Source of the DNA: Eubacteriales bacterium | GTDB taxonomy: Bacteria > Bacillota > Clostridia > Oscillospirales > QAKW01 | Assembly (NCBI GenBank): GCA_045541535.1 | Contig: JAZQJG010000034.1 | Coordinates: 86,143 to 150,142, forward strand | Length of the DNA stretch: 64,000 nucleotides | Direction of reading: 5' to 3' | Shown here: positions 44,664 to 55,521 of the stretch, piece by piece | How the letters are laid out: every line of letters begins with the position of its first letter | How positions within the stretch are numbered: position 1 is the first letter of the stretch | Program-made: the position numbers and the translations under genes | Notes under the pieces: generated by a model | Database searches by the model: none | What the model was told of the DNA's origin: nothing | The model's input: only the letters and a program-made list of their open reading frames with translations

Positions 44664-45701
44664 TTATACCTTCAACGTTTTTGGATGTTTTGTATCTATA
44701 CGATTCTCAATAATTGCTTTAACGCTTCTAAAAATGTTATAAATAGATAATGATCGAAAGAAGTGTGAACGAAACACCTTGTTCCTGTGCATAATATATT
44801 CTTTATAGCACATTTTAAAGAATCTGTAATTGATCTCTCTGCGAAACACGCTGTGTTTGCAATACCCCAATTTTTTGTTGGCAGACAGAAGTTTTTCTTT
44901 CCAAACAAACGTATCGGTCACCGTGTAGGCGCATTCCGAATCCCGAAGAGCGAGGTGCGTTTGCGTTTCTTGTTCGCTTGGTTCTAAATTCAAATACTCC
45001 AATTGATCCAAGCAAATCCTGTCGGCATAATACATCTGTGAATCTCTGGACTTTTGAGAAATCTGCCCGGCATGCACCCGATAAAAATACATATATTCAT
45101 CCAGAATATGAAATTTTCCGCCGAATCTGGCACAATCCACCCACAGCCGATAATCCAGCGCCTTCTTATAACGCATATCATACGTGATATTGTTTTTGCG
45201 CAAAAATTCTGTTCTGATAAGGGCGGCCCCATGGGGAAATGGCTTGCTGTTATCCCAAAACAGCCGCGCCAACAGTTCCGGCGTGGTTCTTGGAATTTTA
45301 AGCCACGGATCTTTTCTGCCGTCGGTAGCCATAAATGCCATTTGACAACTGACCAAATCGCATTCCGGATGCTTTCTCAAATAAGAAACCTGTTTTTCAA
45401 ACCGTTGGACGTCGCACACGTCGTCCGCATCCATAACCGCCATAAACTCTCCGCGCATTTGTTGCATAGCACGATTACGCGAAAATGTAACGCCAAGGTT
45501 TGTTTCATTTTCCAGTATTACAATACGTTCATCCCGTATGCCGGCAAGAGCTTTTTTGACCGGAAATTCCGATCCATCATCAACAATGATGATTTCGAAA
45601 TCATCATACGTCTGCTGTAGCATACTGTTCACTGCTTCAACGAGATATTCAGGTTCGGTATTATAACTTGCAATAATGCAAGAAATCAAATTTTTCTGCA
45701 T
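44664..45701 (-). CDS. GT2-family glycosyltransferase
   Basis: CIIASYNTEPEYLVEAVNSMLQQTYDDFEIIIVDDGS and a DAD motif (VMDADD). Confidence 0.85.
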   Translation of the reverse strand: MQKNLISCIIASYNTEPEYLVEAVNSMLQQTYDDFEIIIVDDGSEFPVKKALAGIRDERIVILENETNLGVTFSRNRAMQQMRGEFMAVMDADDVCDVQRFEKQVSYLRKHPECDLVSCQMAFMATDGRKDPWLKIPRTTPELLARLFWDNSKPFPHGAALIRTEFLRKNNITYDMRYKKALDYRLWVDCARFGGKFHILDEYMYFYRVHAGQISQKSRDSQMYYADRICLDQLEYLNLEPSEQETQTHLALRDSECAYTVTDTFVWKEKLLSANKKLGYCKHSVFRREINYRFFKMCYKEYIMHRNKVFRSHFFRSLSIYNIFRSVKAIIENRIDTKHPKTLKV

Positions 45702-45721
45702 TACAATGCTCCCTCACTCTG

Positions 45722-46843
45722 CTATAGTAGCGCTTCAAACTGCGCAATCATTTTATCAAGCACAAAAATTTCTTTAGAACGAATATCGGAAAGATTTTGG
45801 TATTTTAAAATAAGATCTCTGTTGCTCAATATTTGCTCCAATCCGTCATGAACACCTTGCTCGCTGTTCTCAGTCAAAATACCATACGCACCATTATCCA
45901 ATATTTGATCAGATCCGCCGCAATCCGTGCTGATGATAGCCCGTCCTAAAATCATAGCCTCTGAAACAGAAGTACTATATCCCTCCATTCTTGAGGAACA
46001 AATAAAAACATCACAGGCTTTCACGTATTTATGAGGATTATTCGTATAGCCGAGAAGTTCAACACAATCCGTCAAATCGTTGGATTCAATCATTTGACAC
46101 AGTTCATCTTCCTGCTCACCTGCACCTAAAATCAAAACCTTAAAATCGTTGTATTTCGAGCGCAAATCCGGAAGTGCACAAATCAAACGGTCATAGCCCT
46201 TTATAGGATGCAGACGCCCCACGGATACAAAATAAAGAATGTTTTTATCAAATTGATACTCCGGTGTCTGTTCGCTTTGCTTAATAATTGATGTTGGATC
46301 AATCGGATTGGGCAAGAAAACGATATTGCTTAATATGTGATCGCTCCACTCCCACAGCATTTCTTTTAAATTATTTGACACGCAAACAATTCTATCAAAT
46401 TTGTTAAAATATGAAATTGTTAATTTTTTACGTATCCTACCAAACAAATGTTTTTGCATTTTAAAGGGAAACCAATCGTCGTGAATCCAACATATCTTTT
46501 TCTCACGAAACCCTTTTAGGTAGTATAGCATATTCCCACTATAAGCAATAACGACGTCGTATTTTTCTTTGATAAACAATATATTAGAAAGAACAGAAGG
46601 CATAAACAGCAGGAAGTAGTGAAATATGTTAGATAAAACCCGTGGTAACTTCATTGGATCGAACGGAAGAAGATACCGCACCTTCACATTAGCCGGAATC
46701 TCATTCTCCATCGCACCACCGGCAGAGCACAATCCCAATGTGACGTCAAATTTAGAATAATCAATGTTGTTTAATATCCGCAATAAGCAAGTTTCTACTC
46801 CACCGCAAACAAATTTGTTAGTGGCAATAAATACCCTTTTCAT
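45722..46843 (-). CDS. GT4-family glycosyltransferase
   Basis: C-terminal motif SRMEGYSTSVSEAMILGRAIISTD. The start is the ATG at 46843, giving an ATGA overlap with the upstream GT2. Confidence 0.85.
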   Translation of the reverse strand: MKRVFIATNKFVCGGVETCLLRILNNIDYSKFDVTLGLCSAGGAMENEIPANVKVRYLLPFDPMKLPRVLSNIFHYFLLFMPSVLSNILFIKEKYDVVIAYSGNMLYYLKGFREKKICWIHDDWFPFKMQKHLFGRIRKKLTISYFNKFDRIVCVSNNLKEMLWEWSDHILSNIVFLPNPIDPTSIIKQSEQTPEYQFDKNILYFVSVGRLHPIKGYDRLICALPDLRSKYNDFKVLILGAGEQEDELCQMIESNDLTDCVELLGYTNNPHKYVKACDVFICSSRMEGYSTSVSEAMILGRAIISTDCGGSDQILDNGAYGILTENSEQGVHDGLEQILSNRDLILKYQNLSDIRSKEIFVLDKMIAQFEALL

Positions 46844-47865
46844 TTCATACCTCTGTGCCCAAAATATTTCACTCTCATTTTGACTCGCTCCCAAAAATAA
46901 ATACGTTTATTCCGGCGATAGATTTTTTTGTACTTTTGGTTGGATAAATCCAAAAGCTGCTGTGTTTTTTTAATCGGCAGTTGCAGTACGGGAAGCGCAG
47001 TGTAAAGTTTTGAAAACTGTTCAGATTGACGAATTTGTTCAAACCTTTGTATCTGCACTGAAAAAGAATTGTTTTTTTCTTGGTTGATACAGCCGATCAC
47101 CATATCAGCAAACTGCGCAAAAACCGCATTTTTGTAACGTTGCCGGTCATAAGCGGCATCAAGTTGCAAATCATATTCAAAATTTTTAACCACAATTTCA
47201 TAACGCTGACCGCAATATCGTCGCACGGCGCTGCCTTCTACTACCCGATAAAAATACAGATCTTCCGCAATATACAACATTTTACAGCCGTATATATACA
47301 ATTGCTGTAAAAACAAACGGTCTTCAAACAAAGGATATTTTTGAAAAGAAACGCCCGCGTTCTCGATGAGAGATCTACTAAACAATTTGTTGGTAACAAA
47401 GGTTTCAATATCTCCCTGATAATACAGCCGTTTCCAATTCTGCTCCCGCTCCGAAAAATCAAATGCACGTCCTACCGGATAATCGTGCCCATAATTCTGT
47501 CTTTTTCCGGGTATGATTCTTTTGCATATGCAGAGATCCGCCTTGTGGTTTACTGCTGCCCGGTGTAGTTTTTCCAGCATCGTTTTATCTATGTAGTCAT
47601 CCCCATCTATGAAAGATAAAAACTCACCATTTGCCACAGCCATTCCGGCATTACGTGCACTACTTACACCGCCGTTCGGCTTGTCAATCACAACAACACG
47701 AGGATCTTTGTTTTTATAATCTTCACAAATTTCCAAACTACGGTCGGTGGAACCGTCATTTACCAAAATCAATTCAAGATCGGTAAAACTTTGCCCCAAT
47801 ATACTATTAACACATTCTGCAAGGTATTGCTGACAATTGTAGACCGGTACGATAACACTGATCAT
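46840..47865 (-). CDS. GT2-family glycosyltransferase
   Basis: ISVIVPVYNCQQYLAECVNSILGQSFTDLELILVNDGSTD and an FIDGDD motif. Confidence 0.85.
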   Translation of the reverse strand: MISVIVPVYNCQQYLAECVNSILGQSFTDLELILVNDGSTDRSLEICEDYKNKDPRVVVIDKPNGGVSSARNAGMAVANGEFLSFIDGDDYIDKTMLEKLHRAAVNHKADLCICKRIIPGKRQNYGHDYPVGRAFDFSEREQNWKRLYYQGDIETFVTNKLFSRSLIENAGVSFQKYPLFEDRLFLQQLYIYGCKMLYIAEDLYFYRVVEGSAVRRYCGQRYEIVVKNFEYDLQLDAAYDRQRYKNAVFAQFADMVIGCINQEKNNSFSVQIQRFEQIRQSEQFSKLYTALPVLQLPIKKTQQLLDLSNQKYKKIYRRNKRIYFWERVKMRVKYFGHRGMK

Positions 47866-48947
47866 TGTGTTTTCTCCATTGAATTTCTTCTGAATTTAAA
47901 ATAAGCCGACGGTAAATGATATCGACACCAAAATAACAGGTTATAAAATACCACTAGCATACCGGCATTACAAATCCGACTGAGCGCAACCAAAACTTTT
48001 TGGTCAAACGGCAAAGGGCGTTCAGAGATCACTTTGACAGCTGCCCAAAACCTATCGTTGTTAAAAATGTATTTCTGGACTTCCTTCTTTTTTTGCTTGC
48101 AGGTTTTCTTTGCGCCCTTTCGATACATATTGCTAATGCAATCCGATTTGCCACCGACATACTCCTGTTGCAACCACCCCTTGTGTATTGCAAAATCGAT
48201 GTTCCAAAAAGAAAATAAATCCGTTATGGCATTGCTTCGCTTTTCACTCTGGCTCCATAAATTTTCACGATATTGAGTAACTGCCGACTCCTTATTTTCT
48301 TTGATATAGTGATAAAAAGATTCTTGCATTACGCCGATTCTTTGCACAAATTGCATACACAGGCAATTAAACAAAATATCTTCAATGGGTTCTTCTTTTA
48401 ACAAAAATTGCAATTTATGGTCACGAATAACCGAAGCGGAATACAGTTTATTACACGGTGAATATAATAAACCGTTATGACAGGATTCCAATATTAAATG
48501 CTGTATCTCTTCCGGTTTGGTAGCAATTTTGGCTTCCGAAAAACTTTTTTCTACCGAAAAACCTTCATCCACATAATCCATTTTTATGCCAAACATCAGC
48601 ATATCAAGTTGGCTCTGATTCGACACATTGACCAAATGCTCCACAGCATTGTTTTCCAAAAAATCATCCGCATCAACAAACAGAAAATACTCGCCACTCC
48701 CTACCTGAAGGCCGGCGTTCCTTGCAGAACTGCTACCCCCGTTCGGTTGATCCACCACCCGAATTCTGGGATCCGTTTTTTCATATTGTTGAGCCAATAG
48801 CAACGTATCGTCCGTAGAACCATCATTAACCAAAATAATTTCAATATTATTGTACGTTTGTGCTTGAAGTGTATCAACACAACGGCCGATATAAGGGGCG
48901 GAGTTATACATTGGTACTACGATGCTAACTAAGGGAGCGTCACTCAT
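47862..48947 (-). CDS. GT2-family glycosyltransferase
   Basis: VSIVVPMYNSAPYIGRCVDTLQAQTYNNIEIILVNDGSTD and an FVDADD motif. Confidence 0.85.
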   Translation of the reverse strand: MSDAPLVSIVVPMYNSAPYIGRCVDTLQAQTYNNIEIILVNDGSTDDTLLLAQQYEKTDPRIRVVDQPNGGSSSARNAGLQVGSGEYFLFVDADDFLENNAVEHLVNVSNQSQLDMLMFGIKMDYVDEGFSVEKSFSEAKIATKPEEIQHLILESCHNGLLYSPCNKLYSASVIRDHKLQFLLKEEPIEDILFNCLCMQFVQRIGVMQESFYHYIKENKESAVTQYRENLWSQSEKRSNAITDLFSFWNIDFAIHKGWLQQEYVGGKSDCISNMYRKGAKKTCKQKKKEVQKYIFNNDRFWAAVKVISERPLPFDQKVLVALSRICNAGMLVVFYNLLFWCRYHLPSAYFKFRRNSMEKTQ

Positions 48948-48949
48948 TT

Positions 48950-50056
48950 TTAATTCTCCTCAAAAATATCGCGATGTCTTTGTGCCATTTCTTCAAACGT
49001 ATATCCTTGAATCTTTTGCAAGTTATTCTTTGCCATTTTCTTCAAGAGATGATCATCGGAAAGCAGCTTTACCGTTGCTTCTAATAACTGATGAGCGTCC
49101 TCTGTTTTCACAATATAACCATTGCAGCCATCTTCAATCAGCTCCATACCGGCAACGCATCGGTCTGTCGTTATGACCGGCAAGCCGTGGGCCATAGCTT
49201 CGTTAATGACCAATCCCCAAATATCCTCACGAGTCGGCAATACAAACAGATCTGCCGCACGATAATACTCTTTTAACGCTGCTTTATCAATGTGGGAAAC
49301 GAAATATACGTTTTTCATACGTTGCGCGGCCACAATATCCAAGTATTCCTGCGTGGCTTCCCCGCCAATAATGCAAATTGCCACGTCATTTCCCAAAGCG
49401 CCGTATGCCTTAAGCATCACGTCGTATCCTTTGCGATGAATAAATTGCCCTACCGATAAAACCATTTGATTTTGAGTAATTCCCAGCTTTTCTCTCAAAA
49501 GCGCTTTCTCATCATCGCTGGTCGGGGAATCCAAAATATCTTTTTTATACAGAGACGAAAACTGATACGTACGAATGCGATCGAGTCTGGCACCATAAAA
49601 AGTCAAGTACTCCGTTGATTGGGCGCCGGTGCTGAAATACAAGTTTGCTCCACCTATAAAAAAGCGTTTGATCAGACGCAACAGCAAGTTCTCGTTTTTA
49701 ACCAAACCGCCGTCGACTTCCAAAGCATATTTTCTTCTTATAAGCTTCAGTTTAAGAAGAGCGAGCATTTCCGTGGGCGAGCTATACGAAGAGATCACGA
49801 TTTGATCGTACTCCCCGTATGGAAAAAAGAGCAATTGGGAAGAAAAAGACCCCTCGCGGCCGACGTCTTTGGTTTTTAAAAAGATGGGGTTAAAATTCAC
49901 CGCCAGGGAATCGTCCCAATAATCAGGCACGCCCGTAGCGTGATATCTTTCAAACACAACGGTCAAATCGCAAAGCTTACCGAGTTCGTTAAAAAAATGA
50001 ACTCTATAAATGGTGGGCATATTGGTGATCCAAAGCACCTTTTTCATCTTTATCAC
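48950..50056 (-). CDS. GT4-family glycosyltransferase
   Basis: Motif TREDIWGLVINEAMAHGLPVITTD. Confidence 0.85.
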   Translation of the reverse strand: MIKMKKVLWITNMPTIYRVHFFNELGKLCDLTVVFERYHATGVPDYWDDSLAVNFNPIFLKTKDVGREGSFSSQLLFFPYGEYDQIVISSYSSPTEMLALLKLKLIRRKYALEVDGGLVKNENLLLRLIKRFFIGGANLYFSTGAQSTEYLTFYGARLDRIRTYQFSSLYKKDILDSPTSDDEKALLREKLGITQNQMVLSVGQFIHRKGYDVMLKAYGALGNDVAICIIGGEATQEYLDIVAAQRMKNVYFVSHIDKAALKEYYRAADLFVLPTREDIWGLVINEAMAHGLPVITTDRCVAGMELIEDGCNGYIVKTEDAHQLLEATVKLLSDDHLLKKMAKNNLQKIQGYTFEEMAQRHRDIFEEN

Positions 50057-51224
50057 TTTCTTTCTTGTTCCAGGCCAATGCCATTCCGAAAAGTGCCCAG
50101 AGAAAATAACACTTCACCCCCGGTCCAAAGGGAGCGACTTGTTCAAAAAACGAATTCAGATAATAAAACAAAGCAATAATTAATAGGGCAAAATTATAAT
50201 CCGTACCGTTTTTTCTGAAACTGCTCCAAGCATAAAAGATGGGAATCAACGCCAAAACGTTAATCAAAACTCCGCCCAGCAAGCCAAGTTCCAGCAAAGC
50301 ATCCAATTGCATAATCTCAATATACGCCTGCCCTTGACCAAAAAATGGTTTTTCAAAGAACAAATCGGGAAATTCACTGATCATCGTAATTCTGCCGGAG
50401 GAAATCCCATCCAAACCAAACTCCTCACGACCGGCAAACATAACGTCATAGATCAAAAAGTCACGAAATTCTGCGCTAAAAACAAAGATCAAAAAGAAGA
50501 TCGCCACAATCAGCTTACACAGCATTCTCGTACGATGATGATAATGCTTTGAAAACAAAACGGATAAGAACACCAAAGCCAAGCCAAGCAAAGTAGCTCT
50601 GCTCTTAAGCATTAATAATGTCACTGTCAAAAAAACGGTGCCGATGTCCATCAGAACGGTCATGCCGGGAATTTGAACCCTCTTTCTGAAAATCAACAGC
50701 AACACGACAACCGTCAGCAAAATCTGAGAAACAGAGTTTTTCGACTCATAAGCATATAACCTGGACGACCAATCAAATTCGGTAGCAAAAATCGCTATAT
50801 AAACAAAAGATGCAACCACCAGGCCGGAAATGATATATGCATAGGTGATCAGTTTGAATTGATCCGGTGTCCAAAAATGGGCCAGATTATAGCAGATTTG
50901 AAAAACAAACAAACTGAGCAAGAGCGGTCTGAGCAAATATACGCCCAAGGCGTTATATCCGAAGATCTCCATCACCAAGCACTGCAAAATAATGATCACA
51001 GCCATGGTCATAATCTTATACACATCACTGATGCGCATCGCAACGTCTTTGCCCGAAGCAACAATAACGACTAAGGCCATCAAAATCCATATTCCATACG
51101 TAAGCAATCTCATACCGGAATTGCCAATCAGATCCGGTACCTGCGAAATATTTGTGACAAACACAGTGATCAGAAACAGGACCGTAATATATATATTTTT
51201 ATTGCTTTTTTGTTCTTTTTGCAC
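50004..51224 (-). CDS. wzy: Wzy-type polysaccharide polymerase / O-antigen-ligase-like membrane protein
   Basis: 406 aa with about 10-12 TM segments and a large loop, AT-rich, located inside the cluster. Confidence 0.65.
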   Translation of the reverse strand: MQKEQKSNKNIYITVLFLITVFVTNISQVPDLIGNSGMRLLTYGIWILMALVVIVASGKDVAMRISDVYKIMTMAVIIILQCLVMEIFGYNALGVYLLRPLLLSLFVFQICYNLAHFWTPDQFKLITYAYIISGLVVASFVYIAIFATEFDWSSRLYAYESKNSVSQILLTVVVLLLIFRKRVQIPGMTVLMDIGTVFLTVTLLMLKSRATLLGLALVFLSVLFSKHYHHRTRMLCKLIVAIFFLIFVFSAEFRDFLIYDVMFAGREEFGLDGISSGRITMISEFPDLFFEKPFFGQGQAYIEIMQLDALLELGLLGGVLINVLALIPIFYAWSSFRKNGTDYNFALLIIALFYYLNSFFEQVAPFGPGVKCYFLWALFGMALAWNKKESDKDEKGALDHQYAHHL

Positions 51225-52323
51225 GTTTCTCCACCAAGCTTAGATATAATTCACACAGTTTTTTTGATTCTTCAAAAATATCATACCCGGCATCCTTAAT
51301 TTGCTCAAATACGTTCCTTCGCTGTTTCGAAAACGTATTAATCACATCACACCAAAGATCAACGCCGTCCTCATCTATGGGTAAAAATTGAATTTTCCCG
51401 GGTATAATAGCCGCCTCTGTTGAAACTTTGTCGGACACAAGACAGGGCACATCAGCGGCTTGTGCCTCAATCAAGGTCACCGGCAATCCTTCAAACAAGG
51501 ACGGAAGCAACAGGACATCACACGCTTGTAGAATATCAGAAATATCGTGGCGCTGTCCCAAAAAACAAATCTTGTCTTGAACGTTTAATTGCGAAGCTAA
51601 AGCGTTAAGTTTCTTTTGATCTCCATCCCCGATCAATATCAGCTTGATGTTGCTATCAGGATGACTTGATTGCAACCTGTGCACCACACGAATGGAGAAA
51701 GTTTGATTTTTTAGAGTATTCAGATGCCCGATCTGACATAATGCCAGCGAATCTCCCAGCATCAATTGTTCTCGCATAACCGCGCGCTTGTTTGCATCAA
51801 ACGAAAAGACTTTGGCATCAATTGCATTTGGGATCACAACACTATTAACTGCCTTTCCGTACAGCCAAGCGCAGGCCGCTTTTGAACATCCAAAATAATG
51901 GGTAGCATATCGTTTTACCATCTTGCGCTGTAGTTCGCCGAGAATTTTCCTCAACATCCCCGTGCTTTGAGAAGAAGTGCTGTGAGAGTGAGAAATGCGA
52001 ATGGAAATGCCGCAAGATTTGGCAATTTTTAAAATATGGGCATTACCGACGTCAGCGTGTGCATGGATAATGTCGTAGCGGTTTTCTGTAAAAATTTCTT
52101 TGAGTTGCCGTGTGTTTTTTTTGAAATCAATTGATTTGGGAACCACGTGATAAATTTTGGAACCTCTGCTGATGATTTCTTCATCGTGCACGCCTTCCTC
52201 AAACCCATGCACCAAAAAGTCAATCTGTATTTTTTCGGGTTCTATATGACGGTAATAGTTCATCATCATAGCAGATATGCCACCACGATCCATCAGACCA
52301 CCGTTTACATACAAAACTTTCAT
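51199..52323 (-). CDS. GT4-family glycosyltransferase
   Basis: Motif SLFEGLPVTLIEAQAADVPCLVSD. The start is the ATG at 52323 (MKVLYVNGG), giving a TGATG overlap. Confidence 0.85.
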   Translation of the reverse strand: MKVLYVNGGLMDRGGISAMMMNYYRHIEPEKIQIDFLVHGFEEGVHDEEIISRGSKIYHVVPKSIDFKKNTRQLKEIFTENRYDIIHAHADVGNAHILKIAKSCGISIRISHSHSTSSQSTGMLRKILGELQRKMVKRYATHYFGCSKAACAWLYGKAVNSVVIPNAIDAKVFSFDANKRAVMREQLMLGDSLALCQIGHLNTLKNQTFSIRVVHRLQSSHPDSNIKLILIGDGDQKKLNALASQLNVQDKICFLGQRHDISDILQACDVLLLPSLFEGLPVTLIEAQAADVPCLVSDKVSTEAAIIPGKIQFLPIDEDGVDLWCDVINTFSKQRRNVFEQIKDAGYDIFEESKKLCELYLSLVEKRAKRTKKQ

Positions 52324-53513
52324 CACAATACCTCTTCGTAAAGTTTCATATACTCCAAATACTTTTCTTGGGCCGAAAAGCAAGCGGGATCATGTGAACA
52401 ACGCCCTTCTTTACAAACCCGTTCAATAGCTCGTACAACCGCTTTCAAGTCGCCCTGCGGAACTACGTTTTCCTTTTGCATAATACTTTCGGGGCTTCCG
52501 CCGGTATCATACGTGATGACCGGCGTGCCGCAAGCGAGCGCCTCTAAATTTGTTGTGGGATAATTATCCTCATAAGTCAAATTTAGAAACACGTCGGCGC
52601 TACGATATAGTTCAGCCAGTTCCAAAGTACTATTGGTTCGGCAAATACCATTTACATTATCGGGAAGGGTCCGCTTCTGCTTCTCGGAAAGACCAACCAG
52701 AATTACCGAATAATCATTACCCAGCAAATCTGCCAATTTAACAAAATCATCCAATCCCTTCCTGGGGCTCCAGTTGCTTGCAACCCCCAACACCACCCGT
52801 TTGTCAGAAACATTTTCATAGCATTTGCTCACTGTATCGGACGGCCGAAAAACTGTAAGATCAATTCCGTTATGAATTGTAATCGCAGGATATTTACTTA
52901 AAAACGACTGTTTGACAAGATCGGTAAGCCAATTTGACGGAGCCACGAATGTCATACTCTTAACCGACGTGAACAGTGATTTCTTTTTTTGAAAATTTCT
53001 GGCAGAGCGATCCATCAGCCATGAGGTCGGATATTCCTTTTTCCGGGCACATTTTTGGCACGCCGATCTCCATTGATCACATTTGATATAATCAAAGTGT
53101 GCACAATGACCGGTAAACGGCCAACAATCATGAAGCGTCCAAACAACAGGTTTATTAAACCGTGCTAAAAATAGAAATAGCACCTCAACGTTGATATAAT
53201 AGCCGTGAATGTTATGAAGATGAATAACGTCAGGATCAAACTCTTTTACCCATTTAATGAATCGTTTGGTGGCAATTCTGCTTCCGAATCCGGAAGCATC
53301 AAACAGCCGCGCCTTGAGCGCGTGAAGATTGACGTCGAACTTCGTGCCGATCTTCACAGCATATTTTTGAAATTGAGAAGGTACGTCTTCCCTTCCATAT
53401 GCAATTTTAACCTGATGTCCTTTTGATTCAAGGACTGTAGCAAGATCGGTACAAATTCTGCCTGTACTGCGGATACCGCAGACAGAGTTGATCATCAGTA
53501 TTTTCAACGCCAT
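52323..53513 (-). CDS. GT4-family glycosyltransferase
   Basis: MALKILMINSVCGIRSTGRI... and the C-terminal motif TYEDNYPTTNLEALACGTPVITYD. Confidence 0.85.
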   Translation of the reverse strand: MALKILMINSVCGIRSTGRICTDLATVLESKGHQVKIAYGREDVPSQFQKYAVKIGTKFDVNLHALKARLFDASGFGSRIATKRFIKWVKEFDPDVIHLHNIHGYYINVEVLFLFLARFNKPVVWTLHDCWPFTGHCAHFDYIKCDQWRSACQKCARKKEYPTSWLMDRSARNFQKKKSLFTSVKSMTFVAPSNWLTDLVKQSFLSKYPAITIHNGIDLTVFRPSDTVSKCYENVSDKRVVLGVASNWSPRKGLDDFVKLADLLGNDYSVILVGLSEKQKRTLPDNVNGICRTNSTLELAELYRSADVFLNLTYEDNYPTTNLEALACGTPVITYDTGGSPESIMQKENVVPQGDLKAVVRAIERVCKEGRCSHDPACFSAQEKYLEYMKLYEEVL

Positions 53514-53528
53514 TCTCCTGTTAAACGA

Positions 53529-54734
53529 TTATTTGGTCACGTCGTTCAAAATTCGTTCCAAGGTTGTAAAAAATTTATCTTGATGAAAATGTTCTTTGTA
53601 ATATGCATAAGCATTATCGCCAAGCCGTTTTTTATCCGGTTCCGCTAAAAACGCATCTACGTTTGCGGCCAGCGCGTGTGCGTCCTCGGCTTTGGAACAG
53701 TAACCGCATTTTGCAGCATTGATCACGTCAGCGGTTTCACCGTCAATGGCCGCAATGATCGGGCGACCTGCCGCCATATAGGATTGCACCTTTCCCGGTA
53801 AAGTAAGACTCAAAACCGGATCCGCCTGCATCGTCACAAGTAAAGCGTCTGCCATTTGATAAAACTGCGGCATTTCCTCAAGGGGTCTTCTACCGTAAAA
53901 AATCACCGTTTCAGTCAATTGTTTATCTTTTGTCATTTGCCGCAACCGTTCAAGATCACTGCCACTACCGACGATATGCCAGCGCAGTTGCGGGTGCTTT
54001 GACTGCAAAAGTTCAGCCGAACGCAAAATCGTTTCAACGTTTTGCGCCGTCCCCACGTTTCCTGCAAACAATAAATCGGTCGTAGTTTTCGTGTCGGCAG
54101 CGACTGCAGGCGCAAAAATGCTTTCCGCATACTGGGGCAGATGTTCAATATTTTCCTTTGAAATCTCAAACTCACTCTGCAAATACCCAGAAAACTTACC
54201 GGATGTGATCAAAATCCGATCCACCCCACGATAAATTTTTTCGGAAATTTTGTGAAAAATACGGTAGATCAGTGAGCCGTGCCGAATGCCACCGGCAATC
54301 AAACTTTCCGGCCAAAGATCCAAGCAATACAGCAGTACCGGCACTTTATGCTTTTTCTTATATGCGAGCGCCGCGCTACCCATCATAACGGGAGAAAGTT
54401 GATTCACAAAAACGACATCAAAAGCAGTGCCGTCAGAGGCTTTGATTTTTTTAACAAAAGCGGTGGAAGAAAAAGCGAAACTGAAATAATTAAGTAGACG
54501 GTATATCGCACCACTTTTGCGAGGAATCGTAAAACAACGGTGAATTTTAACGCCATTCATTGTTTCTGTCCGACGTTGTTTCTTCTCATATCCGGGATAG
54601 ATCTCTCCTTCCGGATAATTAGGAACACCGGTCACAACTGTTACCTCATGACCGCGTCGCACCAATTCTTCGCATATATCCGAAATGCGAAAAGGCTCGG
54701 GTTTATAATATTGGCAAATCACCAAGAGTTTCAT
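53529..54734 (-). CDS. GT4 glycosyltransferase, WbuB-like (candidate L-FucNAc transferase)
   Basis: The N-terminus MKLLVICQYYKPEPFRISDICEELVRRGHEVTVVTGVPNYPEG is characteristic of WbuB-type enzymes, which co-occur with fnlABC. Confidence 0.75.
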   Translation of the reverse strand: MKLLVICQYYKPEPFRISDICEELVRRGHEVTVVTGVPNYPEGEIYPGYEKKQRRTETMNGVKIHRCFTIPRKSGAIYRLLNYFSFAFSSTAFVKKIKASDGTAFDVVFVNQLSPVMMGSAALAYKKKHKVPVLLYCLDLWPESLIAGGIRHGSLIYRIFHKISEKIYRGVDRILITSGKFSGYLQSEFEISKENIEHLPQYAESIFAPAVAADTKTTTDLLFAGNVGTAQNVETILRSAELLQSKHPQLRWHIVGSGSDLERLRQMTKDKQLTETVIFYGRRPLEEMPQFYQMADALLVTMQADPVLSLTLPGKVQSYMAAGRPIIAAIDGETADVINAAKCGYCSKAEDAHALAANVDAFLAEPDKKRLGDNAYAYYKEHFHQDKFFTTLERILNDVTK

Positions 54735-55396
54735 AATTCTTTTTTGTTCGCTTCCTCATTTTCTCCTGCGGCTACTGCAACAGGCTCTTTTTTCATCTCT
54801 CCGGTACCACCCTCCGCAACACCTTTGTGCCTAAGCACACAGGTTATGGTACCGAAAAAGCATTTGCAATCAAAAGCAAAGTTGATACCATTCACGTATT
54901 CTCCGTCCAGACGAGCTTTGATCTCCAACTCAAGTTCGTCTCTACCGTTGATCTGGGCCCAACCGGTAAGACCCGGACGAACGTCGTTTGCTCCATATTC
55001 ATCACGCAAAGCAATCAGATCATCCTGATTCCAAAGAGCGGGACGTGGACCGATAATGCTCATCTCGCCCTTCAAAATATTCCAGATCTGCGGCAACTCA
55101 TCCAAACTGGATTTGCGCAAAAACTTACCAACACGGGTTATGTATCTCTCCGGAGATTTCAGCAGATGCGTGGGCATATCGTGAGGAGTGGAAACCTTCA
55201 TCGTTCGAAACTTGTACATTTTAAAACGCATCTTATGAATCCCAATACGCTCCTGTGTAAAAAATGCAGGACCGGGATCATCAATCTTGATAGCAACAAT
55301 CAAGATTAAAAACAGCCACCACAACAGGAGCAAACCCAAGATTGAAAAAAATATATCAAAAAATCGCTTAAAAAAAGATTTGTACATTTCCGTCAC
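54731..55396 (-). CDS. Initiating polyprenyl-phosphate sugar-phosphate transferase (small monotopic 'bacterial sugar transferase')
   Basis: One N-terminal membrane helix plus KFRTM and DELPQIWNILKGEMSIIGPRP motifs. It is the first gene of the locus. Confidence 0.9.
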   Translation of the reverse strand: MTEMYKSFFKRFFDIFFSILGLLLLWWLFLILIVAIKIDDPGPAFFTQERIGIHKMRFKMYKFRTMKVSTPHDMPTHLLKSPERYITRVGKFLRKSSLDELPQIWNILKGEMSIIGPRPALWNQDDLIALRDEYGANDVRPGLTGWAQINGRDELELEIKARLDGEYVNGINFAFDCKCFFGTITCVLRHKGVAEGGTGEMKKEPVAVAAGENEEANKKEL

Positions 55397-55521
55397 ACCC
55401 TTTGTTATTGCAAAAGCAAAAGGAGGATCAACACGAATTTCATAAGCAAATCAATAAACTTGCACTTTAATGCACGTAGAGACTGCTGCGATTCGGGTTA
55501 CCTCCCATATCTTGTTTATAT

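Noticed and set aside
50004-50056. 53-nt overlap between wzy and the downstream GT4 as a possible frameshift or fusion.
   Set aside because: Both ORFs are full-length with plausible starts (an alternative ATG at 50047). Overlaps of this size are common in tightly packed glycan operons.
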